64,000 nucleotides of DNA from Promethearchaeota archaeon. GTDB lineage: Archaea; Asgardarchaeota; Thorarchaeia; Thorarchaeales; Thorarchaeaceae. The position numbers and the translations under genes are program-made. The notes beneath the pieces are model-generated. The model was not told the origin of the DNA and did no database searches. It saw only the letters and a program-made list of their open reading frames with translations. Each line of letters opens with the position of its first letter. Positions within the stretch are counted from its first letter, which is position 1. The stretch covers positions 23,760 to 87,759 of the forward strand of contig JBHLPF010000008.1 of NCBI GenBank assembly GCA_048939765.1. The letters are read 5' to 3'. This document shows, piece by piece, positions 1 to 9,849 of this stretch.

Positions 1-33
1 ACCTCTAACCTAATGGGATGCAAGTCGTCATTT

Positions 34-204
34 CTATATCATGAGCACCTGCGCAAAGAAGATGAGATAGATAAGTATGACAATTAGTATAATTGCACAA
101 ATCAATTGCACCCAACAGGTGCAGCATCTTTCACAGCAGCCCTGTTGCTGCTGCGGCTCGCCGGGACTTGGTGTGTAGTCATCTGGCATCGGAATCTCTG
201 TCAT
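34..204 (-). CDS. 56-aa Pro/Gln-rich, Cys-cluster, C-terminal TM small protein (CYSTM-like); absent from the ORF track
   Basis: Manual translation: MTEIPMPDDYTPSPGEPQQQQGCCERCCTCWVQLICAIILIVILIYLIFFAQVLMI*; ATG at 204, TAG at 36-34. Confidence 0.7.
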   Translation of the reverse strand: MTEIPMPDDYTPSPGEPQQQQGCCERCCTCWVQLICAIILIVILIYLIFFAQVLMI

Positions 205-359
205 AGGAACCACACTAGCTCAAAGTGCTTCTTTCAAAGCCTGCTATTTGTGATTACTATCCTTCTTATGAGGATTACGTGCTTGTCTACCGCTTCAGCC
301 GCAAAGGTTGAAAAGCGAAGAAGGTGAATTTATGGCGAAGCGCGTGGAGGCGAGGAAGA

Positions 360-1868
360 TTGTCTGAGAACGAAAAGCCAACCACCATTCTTGATAGACC
401 ATTTGGTTTGCGAATCATCGGGCTGACTCAGATGGCGTTCGGTGTCTTTGGTCTGCTTGCTGCGGTTGGTATTCTTGTCGCATCGTTCGGAGCTGCTCCC
501 GGATTTGCATCGGTTGGGCCCTTGTATGCATTGGTCATTTTCGTTGGAGTTGCGTTGCCTTGTTTGATTATAGGAAATTATGTTGACGATCTCAGGAGAA
601 ACGCAGTGATTGCTCAAGCACTCTATAGCATCATCGGAGTTGGCTTGACAGCTTACTTCTTGTTGAACTGGGGAGTTGCATATAGCTGGACAGTGCCTTG
701 GTTTGAGCTCAGCTTCAATATACAGATTGGGAATATTGCAGTCTTTGTCCTAGCGACCCAGGCGGCATTCCTGCTCTACATGTTAATCTATTGGAAACGA
801 ATTGCGCCCCCACCGGGGACAGTTGTTGTTAGAGACCGTCGACGAGCTCGCCTTATTGAGGATGGGCTAATGGCGATTCCCCTTACACCATCAATACTAA
901 GCTCAGATGGTTCAGTAATGTCGAGGGATGAGGCTCAAAGAATCCTTGATGTTCGAAAAGTCACCACCACTGAGGGAATGGCTATTCTTTGTTCAAATTG
1001 TGATGGAGCAACACCTCTCACTAGGATGGTGGATGACAACACTGTGGACTGTGAATATTGTGGAGCCACTCTTGCAGTGAGCAGCGTCTTTGTTCCTTGC
1101 GAAAACCATCCAGAGTATCTTGCTGCGACAAATTGTGCTGTCTGTGGGGAGCATTTCTGTAGAAGATGCCTTACTGCTCAGGATCCCCCAGTCGACAGCC
1201 GTTGGAAAGGCTCTACTGTTTATCTCTGTAGGAATTGCTTTGAGGGCAGATATCGTCCAGCTGTCACAACCACATCTCTAGTCCTACCAATTGAAGACCT
1301 ATTCGGCCAGGCTGGGGGAAGATTCTCCAAAGTGAGTGGCATGTACCGTCGGTTTCTGGGAGCTTATGGTAGTGCAATGGCCAAGGTGTTTAGGGCATCC
1401 CTCGAAATATTCTCAGTCTTTGGCCGGTCCGGCGGAGGTGTTGGCTCCAGCGGTGGGAGTAGCTGTGGAGGAGGTGGAGGAGGAAGTGGTGGTGGAGGTG
1501 GCGATGAATGCTGTGGAGCGATTCTTGTTATCATAATTATTATCATCGCGATTCCTATTCTGGTTGGCCTTGTGATGCTGCTTGGAGCGATAGTTATTGT
1601 TCCGGTTCTCTTCTATGCAGGACTAATCGGAGTGACGATAGAAGCAGTCAGAATCATCAGGAAAACCGATTTTGTATCTTTAGAACAGGCTAGAGAGAAG
1701 GGTTTGCTTGAAGGCCGCAAGGTCGAAGTCGAGAAGACTCCGGTTCGTAATGAAAGCCGACCTTGGATGGATGACAGCAGAGTCAGAGAAATTGAGAGGC
1801 AGCGCGAAAGAGATAGAACTCAGGAGAGGAAAGAGGTTCCTACCGACTCTTTCTGGAGGAGATACTGA
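360..1868 (+). CDS. Membrane protein with Zn-ribbon + B-box-type zinc finger and Gly-rich linker
   Basis: About 4 N-terminal TM segments; CSNC..CEYC ribbon; CENH-x8-CAVC-x4-CRRC; poly-Gly then a C-terminal hydrophobic stretch. TTG at 360 follows GGAGG (ORF track starts at 324). Confidence 0.75.
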   Translation: MSENEKPTTILDRPFGLRIIGLTQMAFGVFGLLAAVGILVASFGAAPGFASVGPLYALVIFVGVALPCLIIGNYVDDLRRNAVIAQALYSIIGVGLTAYFLLNWGVAYSWTVPWFELSFNIQIGNIAVFVLATQAAFLLYMLIYWKRIAPPPGTVVVRDRRRARLIEDGLMAIPLTPSILSSDGSVMSRDEAQRILDVRKVTTTEGMAILCSNCDGATPLTRMVDDNTVDCEYCGATLAVSSVFVPCENHPEYLAATNCAVCGEHFCRRCLTAQDPPVDSRWKGSTVYLCRNCFEGRYRPAVTTTSLVLPIEDLFGQAGGRFSKVSGMYRRFLGAYGSAMAKVFRASLEIFSVFGRSGGGVGSSGGSSCGGGGGGSGGGGGDECCGAILVIIIIIIAIPILVGLVMLLGAIVIVPVLFYAGLIGVTIEAVRIIRKTDFVSLEQAREKGLLEGRKVEVEKTPVRNESRPWMDDSRVREIERQRERDRTQERKEVPTDSFWRRY

Positions 1869-2692
1869 TGGCCTATCATACAGAGAACATTCTATGTCCT
1901 GTTTGTGGAGGACGAATCAGTGTCGAGTACACAGACAAAGTAAATCGCTGTGAGTATTGTGCCAGCTCAGTCTTAGGACCGGGTCAGGGCAGAAACTGTG
2001 TCAACCACTCAGACACCCTAGCAAAGGCATCTTGTAATGTATGCGGCGATCTCATCTGCGAAGAGTGCATGAATACCAGGATTGGAGATTATGGAGGGAA
2101 GCTTCTCACCATTGTGCATTGTGACAAGGAAAATTGCATTGCAGAAAGTAGTTGGGCAAAGCCCCTCAATAGAGCGTTTCAGGAATTGACCAACTTCGAT
2201 TGGTCAGATAGAATGGACAACATTATCCTCAGGGTCGTTGGATTGGGTGCTATCCTAATGATGATCTTTGAGCTCTTCTTCATTCTGGCAATGCTGTGGA
2301 TCCAATACTTCGATCCTTGGGGACGGTCAGTTCCTTCACCTATTCCATTCCTTTTCGTACGGGGCGATACCGTTGTCATTCTCAATATCATCGGAAATGC
2401 ATTATCTGCCATCATACTTCAGACGGCATTGCAGATCTACATTCATGAACGACAACTTGGTTCAGGTGTGTTCTTACTTGGATTTCTCCTCCTCGAGGCG
2501 GCCTTTCTCCTTGCAAGGGGACTCTACTTCAATCTCTTGGCCTACCCAGGAACTTGGCTTGTTCCATTCCTGCTTGGAGCGTTTGGTGTCGCCACACTAA
2601 TGATCTTCTTTGGTTCACTAGCAGGCATCTATGTGGGATGGAAGAAACATAATCAGATTGAAGATGCAAAGATCAGACTTGGTCTTGAGTGA
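1868..2692 (+). CDS. Zn-ribbon + B-box-type zinc finger membrane protein
   Basis: CPVC..CEYC; CVNH-x8-CNVC-x4-CEEC; about 4 C-terminal TM segments; TGATG overlap with upstream gene. Confidence 0.75.
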   Translation: MAYHTENILCPVCGGRISVEYTDKVNRCEYCASSVLGPGQGRNCVNHSDTLAKASCNVCGDLICEECMNTRIGDYGGKLLTIVHCDKENCIAESSWAKPLNRAFQELTNFDWSDRMDNIILRVVGLGAILMMIFELFFILAMLWIQYFDPWGRSVPSPIPFLFVRGDTVVILNIIGNALSAIILQTALQIYIHERQLGSGVFLLGFLLLEAAFLLARGLYFNLLAYPGTWLVPFLLGAFGVATLMIFFGSLAGIYVGWKKHNQIEDAKIRLGLE

Positions 2693-2707
2693 TAAGAGAG
2701 ACTTGTT

Positions 2708-4468
2708 TCACTTCTTATCCTCTGTCTTCGGTGTGTCAAACAGGTCGATGAATCTAAACCTATCAACATCAACCAATCCCCGATCAGTTATCTTGAGCTT
2801 TGGAATCACAGGCAATGAGAGGAAAGCCATGGTCATGAAGGGTTCATTGAGAGTACTACCGATAGTCTTTGCCGCATCCTTTAGTTCCTGTATCTTCTCA
2901 CTAACCACTTCTATAGGCTGATCAGACATGAGACCTGCAATAGGCAGCGGTAAAGACGCAATGACCTTCTCGTCCCTTACTATCGCTAGTCCGCCTTGCA
3001 TTCGCACAATCTGAACTGCCGCTGCGATGAGGTCTCTGTCGTTGGTCGCTACCGCAACAATGTTGTGACTATCATGAGCTATGGAACTGACCATAGCTCC
3101 CTCCTTTATACCAAGACCCTTCACAAAGCCTATACCGGTCACATCCGATGCATTGTGCCTCTCAATGATGGCAATCTTCGCTATGTCCCTGTCCACATCA
3201 GGCATTGCTAGTCCGTCTTCGATCCTAGTTTCCTCAACAAGATGTTCAGTGATGATCTGGTCAGGTATAATGCCTATGACATTCATCCTATCTCCGCGCG
3301 CCTTGACCTGAAAGTCTTCTGGATCTAGCCAGGTGATATTGACTGATCTTCGGAGACGTGGCTGTTCGTGCTCTCCGATCTCCCAGATTAGCTTCCCTTT
3401 GGAGGCCACCATCTCACCACTCTTGTACACGCTTTCGACATTGATGTCCTTTAAATCATCAATCACTGCAATGTCCGCATGGTAACCGGGTGCAATTGCT
3501 CCCCTATATTGCAGACCGTAGTGTCGAGCTGTTGATATGGTTGCCACCTGAATGGCTTGGACCGCGTCTACGCCATAGGACACTGCATCACGAATCAGAC
3601 TGTCAATATGCCCTCTTTCAAGCAGATCCAATGTGTTGCGATCATCAGTCACAAAACTGCAAAGCAAAGAGGTATGTGGTTGGATAAGAGGTGCTAGAGC
3701 TTTCAAGTTCTTAGCTGTTGATCCCTCTCTAATGTGAATGTGCATTCCCACTGCAAGTTTGGCTTGTGCCTCTTCCAAGGTGTAACACTCATGCTCAGAT
3801 GTTATCCTTGCCGCAGCATATGCATTCAGCTCCATCCCTGCGAGGTCAGGTGCATGACCATCGATTCTCTTCCCCGTTGATAGTGTCACTCGAATCTTCT
3901 CGAGAATATCCGGATCTCTAAAGACAACACCCGGGTAGTTCATTGCTTCAGCTAGTCCGAGAACATAGTGCTCGGAGAGGAGTGGTTTGATGTCCAAGAA
4001 GTCTAAAGCCACGCCATTTGTTTCCAAATCAGTAGAAGGTACACAAGAGGGTAGCATGATATAGAACTCGAGTGGTCCGCCCCTCATTGACTTGGACATA
4101 TACATGATTCCTTCCAGACCCAGCACATTGGCAATCTCATGCGGGTCTGCAACAACAGCTCCCGTACCATGGGGCACCACAGCTCTGGCATACTGGAGTG
4201 GCATAACCATGGATGACTCCACGTGCACATGGCCATCGAAGAATGAAGGTACCACATACTTTCCTTTCAGATCAACCGTCTTGTTACCAACATACTTTCC
4301 AATCCCAGCGATATAGCCCTGGTGGATTGCAACATCTCCTTCAACTATATCTCCAGAAAAGACGTTGACCACTGATGCATTTTTCAGGACAAGATCAGAT
4401 CGGGTCCGTCCGGCGGCAACATCGATCATCTGGTCAAGAGGGTAGTTGTCGGTCGGTTGTGCAGCCAA
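2708..4468 (-). CDS. ade: Adenine deaminase
   Basis: DGHVHVESSM, DPHEIANV, DGHAP, REGS, TDD, AHDSHN, LSLPVIP motifs. Confidence 0.93.
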   Translation of the reverse strand: MAAQPTDNYPLDQMIDVAAGRTRSDLVLKNASVVNVFSGDIVEGDVAIHQGYIAGIGKYVGNKTVDLKGKYVVPSFFDGHVHVESSMVMPLQYARAVVPHGTGAVVADPHEIANVLGLEGIMYMSKSMRGGPLEFYIMLPSCVPSTDLETNGVALDFLDIKPLLSEHYVLGLAEAMNYPGVVFRDPDILEKIRVTLSTGKRIDGHAPDLAGMELNAYAAARITSEHECYTLEEAQAKLAVGMHIHIREGSTAKNLKALAPLIQPHTSLLCSFVTDDRNTLDLLERGHIDSLIRDAVSYGVDAVQAIQVATISTARHYGLQYRGAIAPGYHADIAVIDDLKDINVESVYKSGEMVASKGKLIWEIGEHEQPRLRRSVNITWLDPEDFQVKARGDRMNVIGIIPDQIITEHLVEETRIEDGLAMPDVDRDIAKIAIIERHNASDVTGIGFVKGLGIKEGAMVSSIAHDSHNIVAVATNDRDLIAAAVQIVRMQGGLAIVRDEKVIASLPLPIAGLMSDQPIEVVSEKIQELKDAAKTIGSTLNEPFMTMAFLSLPVIPKLKITDRGLVDVDRFRFIDLFDTPKTEDKK

Positions 4469-4723
4469 TCCATTTCACTCCTTTGGTCTCTCTACTCAGA
4501 CAGACAACAAGAAAGGGTTTCCGGTGTCATCATATTATGCGCGGATTTTTCCATATGCACTTGACCCGAGCCGGGGTTAACAAGTTTAACCTCTGCTCCA
4601 GCCCCCCTTTATGCATCAACTAGATTAAGCTAGAGGCGCCATACCCAATATCTGGGTCCGAAAAATCCTTCTTCTAAGCCCATGAAATTTCCGGTTCATA
4701 TACTCAGAAACTGAATATGGGTG

Positions 4724-5128
4724 TCATAGGGGGTAGACCACTCTCGCTCCTGCAAGTGTACCTCCCAATAGAAGGACAATCTTGAGGACGTTCATCGCAA
4801 GCATTGCGTTGTTCTTGATGAATTTCGGACCGGGCTTGAATAGGTATTGATACAGCCTCCCCAAGTGGGAAACGGTCATAACTATGAGAAATGCAGAAGC
4901 CACAAAACTACCGACCATTACGAATGAGCTTAATTCCCCGAAGAAGAAAATACTCGAAAGAATGAATCCAAGACCAGTGATGATATCAAGACCAAGCACA
5001 ATTCGATTGCTCAGGGTTTCCCCCCACACATCATCCCGGAATACTATAAGAAGCACCACAGCTTCCACAAGCGCAATCACTGCTCCAGCTAGTACTGCCC
5101 ACATGGCGACGTTATAATAGAACTGCAA
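4724..5128 (-). CDS. Small multi-pass membrane protein, unknown function
   Basis: 134 aa, about 4 hydrophobic segments; GAGGTG SD. Confidence 0.65.
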   Translation of the reverse strand: MQFYYNVAMWAVLAGAVIALVEAVVLLIVFRDDVWGETLSNRIVLGLDIITGLGFILSSIFFFGELSSFVMVGSFVASAFLIVMTVSHLGRLYQYLFKPGPKFIKNNAMLAMNVLKIVLLLGGTLAGARVVYPL

Positions 5129-5137
5129 TTTCCCACC

Positions 5138-5902
5138 TCATTCCGTCCTCACACCAACAACGGCGAGTCGCCTAGATGTATTGTCATATGTGCTCCCATC
5201 AAGACCACCATAGGCTCGCACATCAGAAAAACCAGCTGACCTGAGAAGGGACTTCAGTTCCACAGCTGAGTAGAGGTAGTGTGTGACATTCCATTCATGC
5301 CTCGTACCGTCCTTGGCAAGTAATATCCAAATGTTGTGCATTTTCCCCCAATCATCGATGGGTTTTCTTCGCTCCAGATGAATGCCATAATCACCTTCAC
5401 TCCAATCGGCATCATTGAATATTCGAGCTAAGATCTCCTTCCCCATACACTCGATAATGAAACGACCTCCAGGTCTGAGCGATCTAAAGACATTGTCTAG
5501 CACTTGCATCTGTTGACTGTCATCCTCGAAGTATCCAAAGGAAGTGAACATACTCAAGACAACATCAAAGCTATTATCTCTCACGAATTCCCTCATGTCT
5601 TTCTGCACAAACTCAGTTGAGAGACCTTCGTTCTTCGCGGTTCCTTTTGCTATCTCGAGATAGGCCTTTGTCCTGTCGACGCCTGTTACCTTGTATCCTC
5701 TCCTAGCAAGTTCGTTTGAATGGCGACCGATGCCACAGCACAAGTCCAGAATTGCATCATCATTGGAAATATGTAGAAGCTCAATGAGGCTGTCCACCTC
5801 AGTGATGGCCATCTCCATCCTTTGCTCACCAAACATAACTTGGCCCATTCTCTCCCAGAGTTCATCCCGTTCATACCAAGGTGTCTTGTCCTCAGACGGC
5901 AA
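5138..5902 (-). CDS. Class I SAM-dependent methyltransferase
   Basis: ILDLCCGIGRH motif I, VTGVD, FDVV, LRPGG. Confidence 0.9.
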   Translation of the reverse strand: MPSEDKTPWYERDELWERMGQVMFGEQRMEMAITEVDSLIELLHISNDDAILDLCCGIGRHSNELARRGYKVTGVDRTKAYLEIAKGTAKNEGLSTEFVQKDMREFVRDNSFDVVLSMFTSFGYFEDDSQQMQVLDNVFRSLRPGGRFIIECMGKEILARIFNDADWSEGDYGIHLERRKPIDDWGKMHNIWILLAKDGTRHEWNVTHYLYSAVELKSLLRSAGFSDVRAYGGLDGSTYDNTSRRLAVVGVRTE

Positions 5903-6071
5903 TGCGAATACCTCATCCTACACATTGACGGATAACTTCCATTTCAACCTTAGGTCAAAAGATATTGGCCAATTGATTTTCGCTTTGTTTTTAACTGATA
6001 TCTGTCGGAGAGAGCTAGTGCTTTGGCCAAGACAAAGGTCCAAAGCTTCTGAGCTATGGAGACGAATATTG

Positions 6072-6746
6072 ATGACGTGGCTGGAAAGACACCCCATCAG
6101 AACGGACTCCAAGAGCATTGCCCTATTGGCCATCTTTACAGCCATGGTTGTTGCGCTTGAAGTATTCCCAATCCTGGGAGTGACTGACATCGGACTTCCC
6201 GGCAACTTCACCATTGACTGGACAGGCATTCCAATTGTGATTGTCTTTCTCGGATTGGGCTTTGTCTATTCACTTGTGGCAATAACTGCGATGTGGATGG
6301 CAATTGCCTATCGCAACTTCAATGGTGCAGCCTTCAAGGGCTTTGCTGAACTTCACACAATTTTGGGATTGTTGGTTGCCAAGATTCTGCTAATGCGGTA
6401 CCAACTGGACTTGAGATCTCGGACTCTTGTCTATCTGATATTTGGAACCGTCTTCCGAGTCATTGGAATGTTCTTTACGAACATCTACCTTCTGCAGCTC
6501 TTCTATGGACTAACTCCAGAAGCTGCTGTCATAGGTGCGGCAGGATATTCTCTGCCGAACGTGCTACAAGCAATCATCAATATATTGGGTGGAGTTGTGC
6601 TTTATCACCTAATCCCCGAGAATTTGGCACTTCAGGCGGGCCTAGGGGATGACGCCGGCAGCGCGTCTTCTAGGGTTGAAGAGCTTCCGTTAGAAGAAAC
6701 TGAGAGTTCTCAGCCAGATGACCCCCGTGGCGGAGGTCAAGGATGA
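6072..6746 (+). CDS. ECF transporter S-component-like membrane protein
   Basis: About 6 TM segments; IALLAIFTAM..LE..P and DWTGIP pattern; likely start ATG 6072 (ORF track extends to 5691 over the opposite gene). Confidence 0.65.
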   Translation: MTWLERHPIRTDSKSIALLAIFTAMVVALEVFPILGVTDIGLPGNFTIDWTGIPIVIVFLGLGFVYSLVAITAMWMAIAYRNFNGAAFKGFAELHTILGLLVAKILLMRYQLDLRSRTLVYLIFGTVFRVIGMFFTNIYLLQLFYGLTPEAAVIGAAGYSLPNVLQAIINILGGVVLYHLIPENLALQAGLGDDAGSASSRVEELPLEETESSQPDDPRGGGQG

Positions 6747-7509
6747 ATCAGCAATGAAGAATCGAGAACTTAGTATAGTGCCAATCGGGGAGATTCCTCT
6801 AGTCAAACCAGGGGATGACCTCCCTTCTCTTTTTGCTGAGCGGCTGAGGGGCATTAGCGAGGAGCTTGAATCCGGCGATGTCCTTGTGGTGTCTCACACC
6901 ATTGTATCCATAGCTGAGGGTAGACTCTTTTTGCTATCAGAGGTTGAGGTTTCCGAAAGAGCAAGACGACTCTCAATGGAATTGAAAAGAGAACCAGAAT
7001 ATGTGCAGTTGGCATTAGACAATGCTGTGGAAGTCATTCGTGAAACGCCCGTGTTGATCACAAGAACTGCTCAGGGACTGGTGACTGACTTCTCAGGTGT
7101 CGATAGAAGCAATGCTCCGTCCGGTCAAGCGTTGGCACTTCCCATTGATCCGGATCATTCAGCTCAGGCGATTCATGATGCCATTTCAAAAGAGATTGGA
7201 ATTAGAATTCCTGTGATCATAGCTGACACTCAAGGTCGCCCTTGGAGGAGGGGGGCTGTGAACATGGCAATTGGCATAGCTGGCATGTCTCCCTTTACAG
7301 AGAACGCTGGAAGACTTGATCGATTTGGAAGAATACTACAGACTTCCCGTGTATGCATTGCTGATGAACTTGCAGCAGCAGCTGAGCTCGTTATGGGCCA
7401 AGCAGGAGAGGGAATTCCAGCGACCCTGATAAAAGGATTGAATCTGGATAGGGAACAGGGGTCCGCTAAAGATGTCCTTAGAGATCCCGATAAAAACCTC
7501 TTCAGCTAG
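6718..7509 (+). CDS. cofE: Coenzyme F420-0:L-glutamate ligase
   Basis: IPLVKPGDDL, SGVDRSN, LPIDPD, IIADTQGRPWRRG, ADELAAAAELVMGQ; start may be 6754. Confidence 0.9.
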   Translation: MTPVAEVKDESAMKNRELSIVPIGEIPLVKPGDDLPSLFAERLRGISEELESGDVLVVSHTIVSIAEGRLFLLSEVEVSERARRLSMELKREPEYVQLALDNAVEVIRETPVLITRTAQGLVTDFSGVDRSNAPSGQALALPIDPDHSAQAIHDAISKEIGIRIPVIIADTQGRPWRRGAVNMAIGIAGMSPFTENAGRLDRFGRILQTSRVCIADELAAAAELVMGQAGEGIPATLIKGLNLDREQGSAKDVLRDPDKNLFS

Positions 7510-7513
7510 AATC

Positions 7514-8092
7514 TTATCCCATCAACATGGCTAGGGTTTCAGCCATGTCAGGCTCACTCCAGAGACCTACATGGTACCATCTTGCATACCCTTCCCCATC
7601 AATAATCACGATCGAAGGGATATACTCGACATTGAAGTAGTTGCTGAAGACACTCTGAGTATCAAGACCATGGGGCCAAGGTAGATTCTTGTCCTCCTTA
7701 TATGCTGCCATCATAGCCGCGGTTTCGCCTGTATCGACGGTGAGGGATAGCAGATGGATACTATCACCCATACTATTGTACAGAGTCTTCAAATTCGCAT
7801 TTTGAGTTTCGCAGGAACCGCACCAGGTTGCCATAAGGTCTATGACCACAAACCGACTGCGTAACGAATGCAGAGAAATGATGCTCTCATTAGACAATAT
7901 GAGATTCCAGTCAGGCAATTGTATTCCCCTACTCTTGAGGTCAACATCCTGTGCGATGTCGTTAGTAGTTGTGGTGGTGTGTCCATTGTTGTTTGAGCCT
8001 CCATCAAATGTGAGGAACGTGAACCCGACGGCGAATGCAACGACAACTATTGATGCAACGACTATGACTACAAGCGCCTTCTCCGGTTGCAT
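7514..8092 (-). CDS. Membrane-anchored TlpA/redoxin-family thiol-disulfide oxidoreductase
   Basis: N-terminal TM, ATWCGSC, YIPSIVIID. Confidence 0.85.
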   Translation of the reverse strand: MQPEKALVVIVVASIVVVAFAVGFTFLTFDGGSNNNGHTTTTTNDIAQDVDLKSRGIQLPDWNLILSNESIISLHSLRSRFVVIDLMATWCGSCETQNANLKTLYNSMGDSIHLLSLTVDTGETAAMMAAYKEDKNLPWPHGLDTQSVFSNYFNVEYIPSIVIIDGEGYARWYHVGLWSEPDMAETLAMLMG

Positions 8093-8223
8093 TTTGTGAC
8101 CTCAATGGAGTTCGGATGTGCGTACTGCGTGCACACCGCTAATAAGAATTGGGAAGTGGACATAGCTAGAATATGTAGATGCACGCCACAAATATCCTTA
8201 GATATTCTTGAACTCACCAATTC

Positions 8224-9180
8224 ATGAGCAAAATGGCTGAAGGAAAGGGAAGGTTCATACCTGCATTCATTTTCATTCTTGTCGGCATTGCCGCAGCCGT
8301 ATATGCGGTCATCAGGATTACCGGGATAATTGGGGGTCCATTGGCATCGACTGACCTGGTTCGACAGATAGACGGTGGATTTGCAATTGATACGATTACT
8401 GTCATGGCCATTGTACTCCCTATCTACTTCGTAGAGTTCATCTTGTTTGCTGTTCCGATTGCTGCCATCATGATGCTTATGAACAAGCTCTATCGCACGA
8501 AATCCTACACTCAGAGTGTGATACCTGTTGGTAATAGATTCGGAGCGTCGCGCATCATTCGAAGGGCTCTAGTCCCTGCACTATTTGCATTGTCATTTAG
8601 TGAAATCATGATCCAAATATTCCCTGACACGATCCTGGCCGTTCCCGTATATCCTGCAGAAGTTGCCTACACTGGTGTCGTACGCCTAACTGAACCCTTG
8701 ATCTGGCTTCTAGGAGCCCTGATTGCCGTGGCAGTTGCGGTTCCGTTGTATTCACCGACGTGGATTCTCAATGACTCTGGCATTGTGACTCATTTGAAGA
8801 AGAATGAATTGGAGATGAGGAGATGTCCGGATACGGAGGGCGTGGGCAAATGGTTCGGTCAGTATCTCACCGGTTTTGCAATTCTATCCTACCCAGTTGC
8901 GATTGCAAGCAAGTTCATCATGGTTCTGCCGCGACTCATCCTTGAACGTGGAGGGACAATAGGTTGGGACTATATCTTAGAGAGCCTTGTCTGGATAGCT
9001 GGTCTGCCTCTTATCGTGATGGCATTCATTCTGCCTGTGATTATTGCAAACGAATTAGCTCTCCCCAAAACGTCATCAATCATACAAAGGGTTGCAAGAG
9101 GTTTCGGTGCGGGAGATCTCAGACTTGAGGATGTGGAGCCATTTCCAAATCGGGATGATGCTGGGTACTCAGTGCAGTAG
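8224..9180 (+). CDS. Multi-pass membrane protein, unknown function
   Basis: 318 aa, about 6 TM segments. Confidence 0.7.
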   Translation: MSKMAEGKGRFIPAFIFILVGIAAAVYAVIRITGIIGGPLASTDLVRQIDGGFAIDTITVMAIVLPIYFVEFILFAVPIAAIMMLMNKLYRTKSYTQSVIPVGNRFGASRIIRRALVPALFALSFSEIMIQIFPDTILAVPVYPAEVAYTGVVRLTEPLIWLLGALIAVAVAVPLYSPTWILNDSGIVTHLKKNELEMRRCPDTEGVGKWFGQYLTGFAILSYPVAIASKFIMVLPRLILERGGTIGWDYILESLVWIAGLPLIVMAFILPVIIANELALPKTSSIIQRVARGFGAGDLRLEDVEPFPNRDDAGYSVQ

Positions 9181-9769
9181 GGCTTGGCTCCCATGGAGTG
9201 TCGACGAATAGCACCTTATGCGGTCGCGATTTGCGATCGATTATGACATGCCCTCTGTCCGCTAGTATCTTGACATACTTCTGGACTTTTCCCTTCTTGA
9301 CCTTGCTCTTTGCTGCGAGGTCCGCATAGGTTCCTCCTCTGGATTGTTGGATTACACAGAGGAGCTGATACTCCGGGAGATTGAGAACAATGGATCTTAG
9401 CGAGTCGTTTTCGCGAAGCACACCTTCTTCGTCCATAGAAAGCAATCTGGAGATCTCTGCTTTCAACTTCGAGATCTCAGCCACGAGGGTAGCTCTATCT
9501 GATTCAAAACGAGAGAATACACCGCTGGAAGCATGCAGTAGCTCAGCGCTCAAATCATTGGCGAGACCATCAATTGCCTCTCTAGACGCTAGACGAGCCT
9601 CTCTCACTAGACCAGTAAGGTCACTGGAGTCAAGCCATTCCCCCATAATGAGTCTCTCAAGCTCAGTATAGTAATTCTCTAGTCTGCGCACCCAGAGGTC
9701 TCGTTTGCTCTGAAGTACACCAGCGATTCTTAGGGTAGACCTTGCAGCGGCATCTTCATGATTACTCAT
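9119..9769 (-). CDS. Coiled-coil protein with C-terminal winged HTH
   Basis: Heptad-like N-terminal half; TYADLAAKSKVKKGKVQKYVKILADRGHV HTH pattern. Confidence 0.65.
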   Translation of the reverse strand: MSNHEDAAARSTLRIAGVLQSKRDLWVRRLENYYTELERLIMGEWLDSSDLTGLVREARLASREAIDGLANDLSAELLHASSGVFSRFESDRATLVAEISKLKAEISRLLSMDEEGVLRENDSLRSIVLNLPEYQLLCVIQQSRGGTYADLAAKSKVKKGKVQKYVKILADRGHVIIDRKSRPHKVLFVDTPWEPSPTALSTQHHPDLEMAPHPQV

Positions 9770-9849
9770 CTAGCTCACTCTAGATTCTACTGTATCGACT
9801 GAAAATAGGGGCTAGTGTCACAGGGATATGATGGACCATCATACATAAT

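Noticed and set aside
106-327. 73-aa plus-strand ORF
   Set aside because: Antisense shadow of the more protein-like 56-aa minus-strand ORF
1432-1503. GGA/GGT-rich tract as a DNA repeat or G-quadruplex element
   Set aside because: Explained by the poly-Gly coding linker
4469-4723. Possible purine riboswitch upstream of ade
   Set aside because: No match by eye to the purine aptamer core (AUAUGG / UUUCUACC / CCGUAAA in a three-way junction)
5691-6071. Long N-terminal extension of the S-component ORF
   Set aside because: Overlaps the methyltransferase on the opposite strand; an SD-like GGAG supports a start near 6069-6072
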